From the NCBI GenBank assembly GCA_965637545.1, contig OZ281498.1, positions 22,444,001 to 22,508,000 of the forward strand: a DNA stretch of 64,000 nucleotides, in the 5' to 3' direction. Shown one piece after another: positions 11,101 through 21,111 of the stretch (the first letter of the stretch is position 1; the number at the start of each line of letters is the position of its first letter). Both the position numbers and the translations under genes were made by a program. Origin of the DNA: Phallusia mammillata (lineage: Eukaryota). The notes below the pieces were generated by a model, which did no database searches, had not been told where the DNA came from, and saw nothing but the letters and a program-made list of their open reading frames with translations.

Positions 11101-12985
11101 AATTTCATTTAATTCAGACATAGTTTGAAAAATTGACCCATTTTGGGGGGCTAGTGGGGTAAATGCTGGGGCAACAGGGTAAAACACAACATTATACACC
11201 TATAAATGCACACTCTACAAGCTGTCCAAATTTCATTTAATTCTGACATTGTTAAAAAATTGACCCATTTTGGGGGGCTAGTGGGGTAAATGTTGGGGCG
11301 ACAAAGTTGAACATAATAAACAACAACTATAAGTAGCACACTCTATAAGCTGTCCAAATTTCATCCAATTCGGACAATGTTTAACAAATTCACCCTTTTA
11401 GGGGGCTAGAGGGGTAAATATTGGGGCTACAGGGTTAAACACAACAATTGAAACCTAAAAATGACAAATTATACAAGCTGTCAAAATTTCATCTAATTCC
11501 GACAGCGTTTAAAACACTCACCCATTTTAGGGGTTAGTGGGGTAACTGATGGGGTTTAAAACCCAAAAGTATAAAATATGAAACCACAATGACCCAATTA
11601 ACAGTCATGTAAAATTTTATCCAATTCTGACAATGTTTAACATTTTGACCACTAGAGGTGTTATTAGCAACATTCGTCAATGCTTCTGACGTCATAAGGC
11701 TGTTAAGTGTCAACTGCAAAACATCCTCGAACAAACCCACAAACACTGGTAACAAATGTCTGGTTGGCTTTATAACACCTCAGAAAACTAACATTTGTGG
11801 TGCGCACCAACAACATTTTACACTTTGATGGCTAGCAGAAAACTAACGTTTGTGGTGCGCACCAACAACATTTTACATTTTGGGGGCTAGCGGGGTAAAT
11901 ACTGGGGTTGTCATGACAAACGAAGCAGATGGCACATCTGCACAACCATATCTACCATCTGTGAAAGTTTCATCTAAATTCACCAAAGATTTCATGGCAA
12001 AATGGGGTGGACAAACTTCAGGGAAGAAAAAAAAAAAAAAGAAAAAAAAAAAAAAGAAATCGAGTAAAATCAAAATGTGTCCCCTTCAGGGAAGGGGACC
12101 CATAATAACAAGTTTTCTCATTAACTTTTATTGGCTGGTGTGTCACAAGTCCAGTAAAACTTGTCCAGGGGCGTCGCTACAAAAAAAGTTTGAGAACCAC
12201 TGCCTTAAACTAAGTATAAGTTTTAGTTAGTAAACTACGCCAAGTTAAGATATCAATGATTAAGTAGTTACAAACAAGAACACAAAAGATGGAAAAATTA
12301 AATGCAAGATACCCAGCACAAAACCTACTGTTATTGATTGTTTTGTTGAAGTAGAGATAGCCTTCATAGGTTGGGACTTGGCACTTTTTGGTAACTTTCC
12401 AATACTTGACAAAAAAGAGGTAACCAAATCAGTATCCTTCGATGCATTGCTCACAGCACTGGAATTTTGAAGTTGACTTCTGCTTTGTAACTGAGGTCTT
12501 ACTGGTCTGTTATGAGGTCTTTGTAAGTTGTAACTTCCTGTATCATGAAACGGAGGCCTAGAATCCCACGCTTGGATTCTGGGTGGACCAAAGTTTCTTA
12601 TGTTTTGGTCAGGTCCCAAAAACATTGGAAATCTTCCTGATGGGGGTTGATCCAGTCTAAACTCAGGTCTCATGTTCGGATTCCAGTTCATGTGTTGGTT
12701 TATGGCCTGTGATCTAGCTCCAAAGGCAGGCATACCAGTATTCATTTGACCCGGTCCAAAGTGTGGATTTCTAGGTTGACTATCATTTGCATTGAAAGGC
12801 AAATTTCCATAACCAGGGTTCGGAGGGCCTGGGCCACCAAAAACCATTTGCTGCTGGGTTGGATGTTGCATTGCTTCATGTGGGTGAGAGTTAGGGAAGT
12901 TTTGATTTGGGGTAAAATGTGGCGGCCGAAATTCAGAGCTGTGTCTCACCCAGTTTGGGGGACCCCCTGAATGATAAGGGTTCAT
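8148..12985 (-). CDS. PDCD7: Programmed cell death protein 7 (U11/U12 snRNP 59K), multi-exon
   Basis: Pro-rich first exon 12329-12985, then exons encoding IKQRRKSRMRKKLKRR, EAEMQKQIDEALVEVRKEQAATSKAIERISFLAKLRKIR, and a last exon HMWDQFLDQSGTSLPIDWVEPVQPSSFEWKKYA*. These resemble PDCD7 EVRKKQAD..LEKLRKLR and WDQYL..GWV motifs as I recall them. Confidence 0.88.
10604..12103 (+). mobile_element. Non-autonomous Helentron-like element (HINE/DINE-1/pearl type)
   Basis: 3' hairpin GTCCCCTTC-AGG-GAAGGGGAC (12079-12099); subterminal inverted repeat ATGGGTCCCC (10739-10748) / GGGGACCCAT (12094-12103); decayed A/AAG tract at ~12023-12058; internal tandem array; no obvious TSD. The family assignment is inferred from architecture. 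Confidence 0.7.
11015..11660. repeat. Tandem array of ~127-128 bp units (about 5 copies, diverged) inside the Helentron-like element
   Basis: Anchor GGGG(C/T)TAG recurs at 11024, 11151, 11278, 11406 and 11534 (spacing 127,127,128,128), each unit with AAGCTGTCCAAATTTCAT-like sequence. Confidence 0.9.
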
Positions 12986-13232
12986 TGCACAATTTAATTA
13001 GCTCTTACTAAACAGCCTAACATTTTTTAATCTGAAACAGGAATAAACATATGAGGCAATGTACGTAGAAATAGCAGGAGACAAATTTGATCACATAAAC
13101 AAGTATGCAACAAGATTTTTTGCATAAAATAAGGTAAATTGCAAAAATAACAACTAAAAATAGGGCTGTAAAATAAAAAAACACACACAATACAAACACT
13201 GTTTATATCACAGAAATTAGAGCAATCTTTCT

Positions 13233-16200
13233 TTATCCTGAAAAAAACTTATCAATTTTATGGAATTGATTTGAGGCTATTTTCCTTCGCTTGGAGGGAG
13301 CAGATTTTTTGGGTGAAAGCTTTCGAGAAAGTGGTTGATTGTTATTGGACTCGGACTGTAAAATATTTTTTATCTCACGACGACTTAGACAAGAGTCAAT
13401 GTGTAGATTAAACTGCCCTAGCGTAAACTCAGAGGCACTAAAAGTAACCTGGCACAATGGACACGTCATATCTTCTTCAAACAATCTGGTTTTGGCACTT
13501 CTATCTCCAACATCAATGCTATCAGGTTTTGTTTCCTTATCCGTAATATTACAAGAATCAGTTTTTGAAGTGGACTGAGTTGCACACTTTATAACCAGAT
13601 CGCAGTTTTCAAAATTTGCAGTTTTATTTTCTGAACTCATTTCTCCTTCTTTTTCACAACTGGTTTCGGTGCCTTTGAAAATTGCTGTTGCATCATTAGA
13701 GGCATCTGATACTTCAGCAAGAAGGTCTACTGTATCAATGGATGAAGTTGATGCATTGTTGTTCTTGCGGCCAGTAAAGAAACTCCGAATGGACACTTGC
13801 TGTGCTGAGGAGGCAGCCTCAAGCTTGGAGATACCAATGCCTGGTGAAAGTGTATAAAACGTCAATGTATGTTTCTAAGCTAAATGTTTTAGAAAGAGTC
13901 AGAATTCCTACTAGTTGATTTAGAGTCCTATGTTATTCAAGTGGCTACAGAAGTCTATTTATGTAAAGCCATCATTTTCCAATTATGATTCAAATTTTTG
14001 TTTGACTAAAAAAAATCAAATCCGCAGACAGTGCACACTGTTTCAACCTATAATATGTCATTAGTGCAGATTGTGACGAGAGATCAGCCATACAAGCCAA
14101 TGTAGCCCTCTACGTCACTCCAGTTTGTTGGAAACTGCAAGCTGAAAAGCCATACCTCACCAACTCATACAGCCGATCTCTTGTAACCAGCTGCACTGAC
14201 CTTATAGGTCGAAACAGTGTGCACTGTCTGTGGTTTAGTGGCTTTTGCAACCTTGATTTAGGTTTTAACACAGTCTGTCATAGCAATCTCAAATCTTAAA
14301 GTCAGAATCATTTGTCTTCAACCATAGATTTTAATTAAAACAAACTTCAAGCTACCCATTAGTCTTAGAGCCAGTTTTCCTTTGGCATTGGCGATCTCCA
14401 ACTTTAGTAGATCTTTTCCTATGCATAAAATCTCATCTTTCGTTTGAATGCCACTGTTGATGCTTCGTGACCTGGTACGGCTCTTCACAAAAGCATTAAA
14501 TCATTAGCTTTGTTAGATAAATCAATAACAATTGCCAATCCTACCTCAAAGTCAACTGTTTTGATTTTGAGTACTACTGTTTTTCCCTGTACATTATTTT
14601 TCTTTATATCTCCAACTAATGTTTCACATAGTTCCTCTAGTTTTAGATACAGCTTCACCGGGTCCGAAATTGTGTTGAAAGTTCTGCAAAGAAATTAAGA
14701 AAATTATATGATACAAAATGTATTACAGGTATATTTACCACCAAAAAATACACAGTGTTTTTTAAACTTACAGGATATCGCAGAAAAATGTCTGAACACA
14801 ATCATACCTTTCTGTGCTAATGCTTTTTCTTTCACTGTCCCCCTCTAGCCTGGATGATGAACAACCCAAAGCAGTTCGAAAGAAAAAATTGCAAGAAATA
14901 TTCGAAAACAAAAGAAAAAGATCTGCCCGGCGTTCATATAAGTCTCCACATGTTTTTACATCAAGTGCTGCAAGAAGTTGCTCACTGACTTTGCCAATTC
15001 CACTCACCTAAAATATGGTTTGTTTAGCTTTATTTACCAAGGGAATAGCAAACTGTAAATTAAGGGTAACAGAAACTAACTTATTTTAAGCAGGACTAAT
15101 TTCGTTTGTTTCATTTGTACAGTAAATTGTTGGATAAAATGTATTATTATAGTCACACATTTGTTGTAGTTGCCTATACATGTTGGGGTAGAGGTTAAAC
15201 TGTTACAAGCTGATATTGTTTTTATGTTTTGCTACATGTCTTGAGTAAAGTCATGCCCAATAATCAGTCTTATGCAAAACCAATGCCTAAACTTTCATAT
15301 ATCTGGTATTCTTACACACATGACCAGGTTTTTTTTATGGTTTGGTTTGGGTGACCGCTAATAGTTTTAAGAGACCGCAAGTGTTTCATTTAAATACCAA
15401 AAAATAGCCATATTTGCTTAAACGAATTATTTATTAGGCTACTGGCAAATTTTGGGAAACCGCTGGAGAAATTTGGGGGACCGTTTCGGTCCCCAAAAAC
15501 ACCTTAAAAAAACACTGCACATGACCCTATAAACAATATTAGACGTACACACTGAAAGGTTTTATTTTAATTATTTTTCTGAACTAAAAAAATCCCAGAG
15601 GCTTGCAGCAGAAGAACATTAATCACTTGATTTTTTACATCTATATTTACTCACCTTCCTTATGGAGAGCGCTCGTATAAATTCCATAATGGAGTCTCTG
15701 TCTGGTCTAAAATAAGTCTGTCCATTCGGTTTGTTCAAATCGCTTCCAATTTTGGCAAGCATTGTGTTCGGGGCAATTCCAGCACTTGCAGTTAGCAGAG
15801 TTTTCTAAAAATTTAATCCAAGACTCAAAAAAATACTGAACAAACACTTGTGTTGATAATTACTATTTACAGTTTATACCTGGTGAATTCTAAACCGAAG
15901 CTCTTCAGAAACATCTTGTGCAGAAAATCCAAAGGTTTTAGTGGGATGTTCACTTGCATTAGTGTTACTTCCATTCAACAGCTCAGCATTAAATGAAAAT
16001 GTTCGCTTTTTCTTCAAAACATACACTTCTTATTGCTATGGTATTACTCTTTTCTTACAGAAAGAAGTGGTATTTTATCAAACATTTAAAACATATTTAT
16101 TTTTCACCTCTGACAGCAGAACTCTTTTTTCCAGGTGTTCAGTAATATCAAGGTAAGCTTCATCCAAACTCATTGCCATGAAATTACAGTCATAGTCAGC

Positions 16201-17258
16201 AAATATGGATTGGCACTCTTGACTTACCTATCGAAAATGCACTTTTTATAAACACATGTTTTTTATTGTAAAATAACCATTATTATGAGTGTATTTCAAA
16301 AACATCAGATTTTTTCAAAGTCATCTTTCAAATTTGTGCATTTGTAATTGTGAAGCTTTGTAGTGGATTGCTACAAGATATATTTAATTTCTTGAAAAAC
16401 ACCTGGCCTACGCTTTACACATGGAACGATGGTTTGAATCTTGCTACATAAGAATACCTTCTTATATTTGTCAAAGTTTAGTGGGACAATTATTAACTCA
16501 GGACAGAGCTTTTTGGCAATAAATCCAGGCATTGCAGCTCGAACTCCAAAGCGCCGAGCCATGTAGTTTGAAGTAGACTAAAACAAAAAGTAAAGATTTA
16601 AGAATCATTGCTAGTTGGTGTCTTAGTGATTAGCAGGATGTACCAGCATATCCATTCCTCCAACAGCCATTGGTTTTTCCTTTAATTCTGGATGATCTCT
16701 TTCTTCAACAGAAGCATAGAAAGCGTCCATGTCAATGTGTATAATGGTCCTAGATAAATCCCTCTCTTTCTCCACTGAGGCTAATATTTCATCAGCCTAG
16801 TAAAAAAATATAAAAACATAATTAAATCTACGAAATCACTTTTTCTGAAAAAAACAACTGAAAACACATTATCTTTCTACATATAGCAGTCCACTCTTAC
16901 TTTTTGAAGGGCTTCTTTTCTTTGTTGTGATGAAAAGCATTTGGAACGTTCTTTCATTTTCTGTATTCTTTCTTGAACTTGTTTGTCTCTCTTTTGCTCG
17001 TTCTTGTAATATCGTGATCCAACAGTGTTTTCCATGATAATTCTTGAAATTGTATGTGAAATGTTTTAACAGAAGTAAAAAAACAATTATTGACAAAAAG
17101 TAGAAGATTAAAATTACTTACTTGATAAAATAATAAAAATACACAAACCTATTAATTTTCTCTTTGTCCAGGCCCTTCATTCCAGCCTTGTTATCATTCA
17201 GAGCCATTCGGCCCACTAATTTCGTATCTGACAATTTTCCACTGCTTTCTTCTTCCAT
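13233..17258 (-). CDS. POLK: DNA polymerase kappa (Y-family, DinB-like), about 11 exons
   Basis: N-clasp [19 protein letters not shown]; catalytic [66 protein letters not shown]; little finger ..LRLMG; last exon with SFF (REV1-interacting-like), UBZ CPLC..HIDSC, KRRK and PIP-like IDKFF. Confidence 0.97.
14022..14233. mobile_element. Family B foldback element with two degenerate type I hammerhead motifs, in the last POLK intron
   Basis: Arms 14022-~14090 and ~14170-14233 are inverted. Plus arm: CUGCA-CUGA(deletion)CCUUAUAGGUC-GAA-ACAGUG-UG-CACUGU-C-UGUGG. Minus arm: CUGCA-CUAAUGA-CAUAUUAUAGGUU-GAA-ACAGUGUGCACUGU-C-UGCGG. A third decayed copy lies at ~19719-19763. Confidence 0.65.
15325..15517. 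mobile_element. hAT MITE in POLK intron
   Basis: Imperfect TIRs CAGGTTTTTTTT / AAAAAAACACTG; perfect TSD CACATGAC (15317-15324, 15518-15525). Confidence 0.8.
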
Positions 17259-17762
17259 TGTTTATTTCAAGAAAATAATCATACAACACAGAAGTAATTC
17301 AAACTGTTTTACAAAAAATAACACATATCATTAGACTCAGAAAATCTTGAATTGTGTTCCAAAAAAGGTAATGTTTAATCAACATCAGGCCCATTAGAAA
17401 AGCAATATACCATTCCCTATGCAACAAAATAGGAAATATTGTGGTAATGTTTCCGATGAGGCTGTGTGTTTAACTCAACCAAGAAACATTCACAGAACTA
17501 CTACAACACAGTGGAAACTAATGAGTTAAACTAAATTAAACAACCATTTTCGAAGGAATTAAAAATCAAAAGGCAGCTTGGCGGACATGTTACAACCCAT
17601 TCACCCAACAAAGGTGAAGTAAAATGAACAAATATATTTCGAAAATGTGTGCAGACATATGCATGCATATGGGAATTAAGTGCAAATTACTGGGCGATAC
17701 ATAACTTTAAAATTGATTAAAAAAGTAGATATTCAGTTGGGCACACACTACATTGGCTGCGC

Positions 17763-17859
17763 TTAAAACAAACTTCAAGCTACCCATTAGTCTTAGAGCC
17801 AGTTTTCCTTTGGCATTGGCGATCTCCAACTTTAGTAGATCTTTTCCTATGCATAAAAT
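17763..17859 (+). repeat. Exact 97-bp copy of POLK exon/intron junction 14335-14431
   Basis: TTAAAACAAACTTCAAGCTACCCATTAG...TATGCATAAAAT is identical at both sites. Confidence 0.95.
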
Positions 17860-18223
17860 ATTCCCAAAACTGATGAGTCATTATTTTCATTTTGTTTTGA
17901 TGTTTTAAAAATTGAGAAAGCTAAGCAAATGTAGCTTTATTAATTATAAAAATCGGTGTTTTTAATATTATTACTCATGTATAAAATTGTACAAACAAGA
18001 TGGGTTAATGCTTTTTACAGTAACCGCTAACAAATAAAAAAAATCTGAGCTGCAAGTTGCCAAGACTTTAAATGCCAGCACGCCACTCGATATTAGGCAA
18101 ATACAAATACCCAACCACTTATAGGTCTTTTTTGTCAATTTGCTGATTTTATGACGGAAGAAAAAAAATGATTTTATTGAATGAAAATCCAAGAAATGCC
18201 AAAATTATGATTTTTATGACTTC

Positions 18224-18254
18224 GTTGCCCAGGAGACGTCATTTCCTAGGCAAC
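18224..18254 (+). promoter_or_regulatory. Paired RFX X-box-like sites in the POLK/TEX36 divergent promoter
   Basis: GTTGCCCAGGAGAC (18224-18237) and TTTCCTAGGCAAC (18242-18254), separated by a CGTCA half-CRE, about 300 bp upstream of the TEX36 ATG. Confidence 0.6.
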
Positions 18255-18535
18255 AGAGAAAGCAGCAAAATTTCTCTGAAATGGGAAACTTTGCATTTTT
18301 TCTTCCATACGACAAAATTAATTTTTACAACGTTTAATTGGCGCAAGCATTGCTTTATTGCGTTTGATAAACATTTGATCATACTAAAGATCTGTTTAAT
18401 GTCCCCCTGCGGCTCTGGAACAAAAATGTACGCTGTGGTCTTTAAACTATTGTTTTGTCAGATTTAATCGTTTACAAGGCAGCAAGGGGAATGAGTTTCT
18501 GTTTCACGTTGTGATCTTTGATACATTGGAGTAAG

Positions 18536-20337
18536 ATGGGAAAAGGCCGAAGGTTCGTCCCATCACAGGAAGAACATGGGATATGGGTAGGGTGTGCTTG
18601 CATCTACACAATATTCTGATAATTTACATGAAATCTTTTTATATTTTAATTGCAACTCCCAGTGAAGGCTTTGTTGTTTGAACCATTTTTATTGCTGTTT
18701 GTGTATGAGTTTCTTCACTAAATGCAATTGGCACAGCCCAAACCAATCAAAGTGCTTTTTAAAATATATCGTGATCAAAACCAATTTAATAAAATCAACC
18801 ATATATAACTGTTCACTCTTCAACTGGCATTTACAGTTTACCCACCGTGGAATGCCAACCAATATTCCAAGCAGGGAGAGCGGAACAACAACAGGGATTA
18901 TGTTGGGGAACAGCTTATCTGATCATAGCTCCCATGTCAAATGTCCTCCACTGTTTCAAGACAAACTTAAGGTCAGAAGCTTTGCAATACATCCAAAACT
19001 TTATCACGCACCATTTTCACTGGTAGAAATATAAGTGTACCATTAGATTACAAATGTGATTAAAAACCATTTTTCTATTGAGCATACTGTCTAAGCATCG
19101 TTATAAAGGACATTTTCCTAATTTATGAAGGTTCCTTACAAACAGCAGAATCCCTTTTCTTTGCATGACAACAGAAATTCATTCCAAGACCATGGTGTTT
19201 ACTTTGGACAGGTAAAGATTTTAAAGAAATGTTGGGTGTGGTTGCAAAAAGTGTGAGATTGTACTCATTAAGTCTGTGATTTTGTACTTTAGGGTTTAGG
19301 AAAGCAAAAGACTGTTTTTGCTAATGGACAACATTGTTCGGAAGACATAGTTGCATGGACAGAGCAAAACCGTAGGCATAAAAAAAATGACATCAACAGC
19401 TTGTACAGAGAAGATTTTGCTGGTAAAGCCATGAATTTAATTCGCAACTAATTTATAGATTCATAAAATTTAAATTTAAGTTTTTGTGGGTTTTCAATGT
19501 TATAACTCTAAAAGCAGAGCTAGACGTACAGACTAGTGTGGGCAGGTTACAGCCACAGTAATGGCATGAAACCCATGAGGTGAGGCATGATATTTCAGCA
19601 TGTTTACCTATCAAAATGTATTGTGTCACCTGGCTACACTAGCATATACTACCAATATATAAGCTATTGCTGCCAGGCATAATATCTAGTTTATGCACTA
19701 CTACCAATGTCTAATCAACAGCTGCACTGGTGAGATCTTATAGGTCTAAATAAACAGTGTGCATCAACATATTATAACTGTTGAATATTTAGTTAAAGAG
19801 AGGCCCCTTTCACGTCATTGCCGAAGATACTCTAAATTTTACACACCATCGACAAGCAACCTTCTGAGTACACCATCAAATGTTACCATGTGGGTCGGTA
19901 ATGATGAAATTGTGCCACAGACATACCTGCAAACACTTGCCAACACACAGGTACTTAAATTTAATGACAAACCTTTAGAGCACCCAAAACACTGGTGTAT
20001 GTGTTTAAAATTCAAACTATCTTATGTATATTGTTAATAATTTATCTTTAATGAAGCCCTACTATTTAACAAATAACTCTTACTATTTTACATTTAAAAG
20101 TAAATGCAATTAAGTTAGTGAAAAAAATTTGAAAGTAATTTCCATCATAAGAGTAGTTTAAGTAGGCAAGAATTCCTTTTAATGTCCAATGATTTTCATA
20201 TAGTTCTGCCTTTAAATATTGTTCAAACAAATTTTTATGTTTAGGAACCCCATCTGAAAGCCAACCCATGGAAATACTCTTATCATGCTCATACATTTGC
20301 TCACAGCATGCTCCCGAAGCGAACAAAAGTAACATAA
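18536..20337 (+). CDS. TEX36: Testis-expressed protein 36 homolog, 6 coding exons
   Basis: Exons 18536-18586 (MGKGRRFVPSQEEHGIW), 18837-18971, 19146-19211 (QNPFSLHDNRNSFQDHGVYFGQ), 19293-19422 (GLGKQK..), 19799-19950, 20245-20337, all GT-AG with consistent phases. Matches recalled TEX36 motifs MTKGRRFNP and FSVHDNRHS..DSGLGRKK. Confidence 0.85.
19657..19698 (-). mobile_element. 42-bp 5'-truncated family A tail-only insertion, in TEX36 intron 4
   Basis: Minus strand ATAAACTAGATATTATGCCTGGCAGCAATAGCTTATAT matches the family A 3' end; flanked by TSD TACTACCAAT (19647-19656, 19699-19708). Confidence 0.7.
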
Positions 20338-20948
20338 TTTGTTGACCTGATTACATGCCTTTGTATTGTCACTGTGTATTTTTTTTCTTTTAATTGTTCG
20401 CTCCATGCCGAATAGTTTCAAATTACAGAACACCAATATTTAGGCTGAGTGAATTTTGAGTTGAAGTCGGGAACAATTGTTTCACATTTTACCTATCACT
20501 TTTGCATGTTACCTGATTTCTTGCAGTAGCCCAATTTTGTCTTAACCTATGAGCTTACATTGTGTGGAAACATGCTCACATTATTGTTGTGATGAGCTTT
20601 TAATAGCACCCACAGTTTGTCATTGCTTTTGTAGTTAACCTAAAGAAGCACTTAGAAAGATATGCATGTAGATTCTTTACATCAGGCCTATTGTCACTAC
20701 CATGACAAATTAATTTATCTGTATGTTTGGTAGAAAAAAACAATAACTTACCTTACAAATCAGCATGTGACAAAATTTTATACTTGCGAGACTTTTAGAT
20801 CAATTGCTTCATCTGCGAAGATGGTACATTACCTTTTTTGTAATTCCTTCACTTTTAGTCTATGTTTCAGTGGTCACCCATGCTTCAATACAACACAAGC
20901 AATAAATTGGTGTGCATGATGTGGTAGGTTTGATTTCAAAGGCTAAAT

Positions 20949-21111
20949 CAGTGGTTCTCAACCCAGGTTTGTGGCTCCACAGATTTCCATAATATGATTC
21001 CAGAGGACCCACGAAGGCAAAATTCAATTAACTATGATAATTGTATGTGGGGTTTACAACCTCGACAATTTAACAAAAAGGTGTCCGTTATTACAAAAAA
21101 TTGGGCCACTG
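20949..21111. mobile_element. Degenerate hAT MITE downstream of TEX36
   Basis: Left TIR CAGTGGTTCTCAACC; right end decayed (..TTGGGCCACTG); near-TSD GGCTAAAT / GGCTATAC. Confidence 0.65.

Larger units (their letters stand above)
10488..12202. mobile_element. hAT MITE family 1 (opposite orientation), split by a nested ~1.5 kb insertion, in PDCD7 intron 1
   Basis: TIRs CAGTAGTTCTCAAACT / AGTTTGAGAACCACTG; TSD CCTTAAAC (10480-10487, 12203-12210). Halves 10488-10603 and 12104-12202 align to the reverse complement of the 1732-1946 element. Confidence 0.9.

Noticed and set aside
11015-11660. Regular repeat array resembling a CRISPR array
   Set aside because: Whole 127-bp units are homologous (no unique spacers), there are no cas genes, and the array lies inside a eukaryotic transposon.
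11850-12230. ORFs with poly-Lys / poly-Phe tracts
   Set aside because: They are translations of the A-rich tract of the Helentron-like element.
16418-16440. POLK donor GTATTCTT as a possible U12-type intron
   Set aside because: It does not match the U12 consensus GTATCCTTT, and no U12 branch site was seen.
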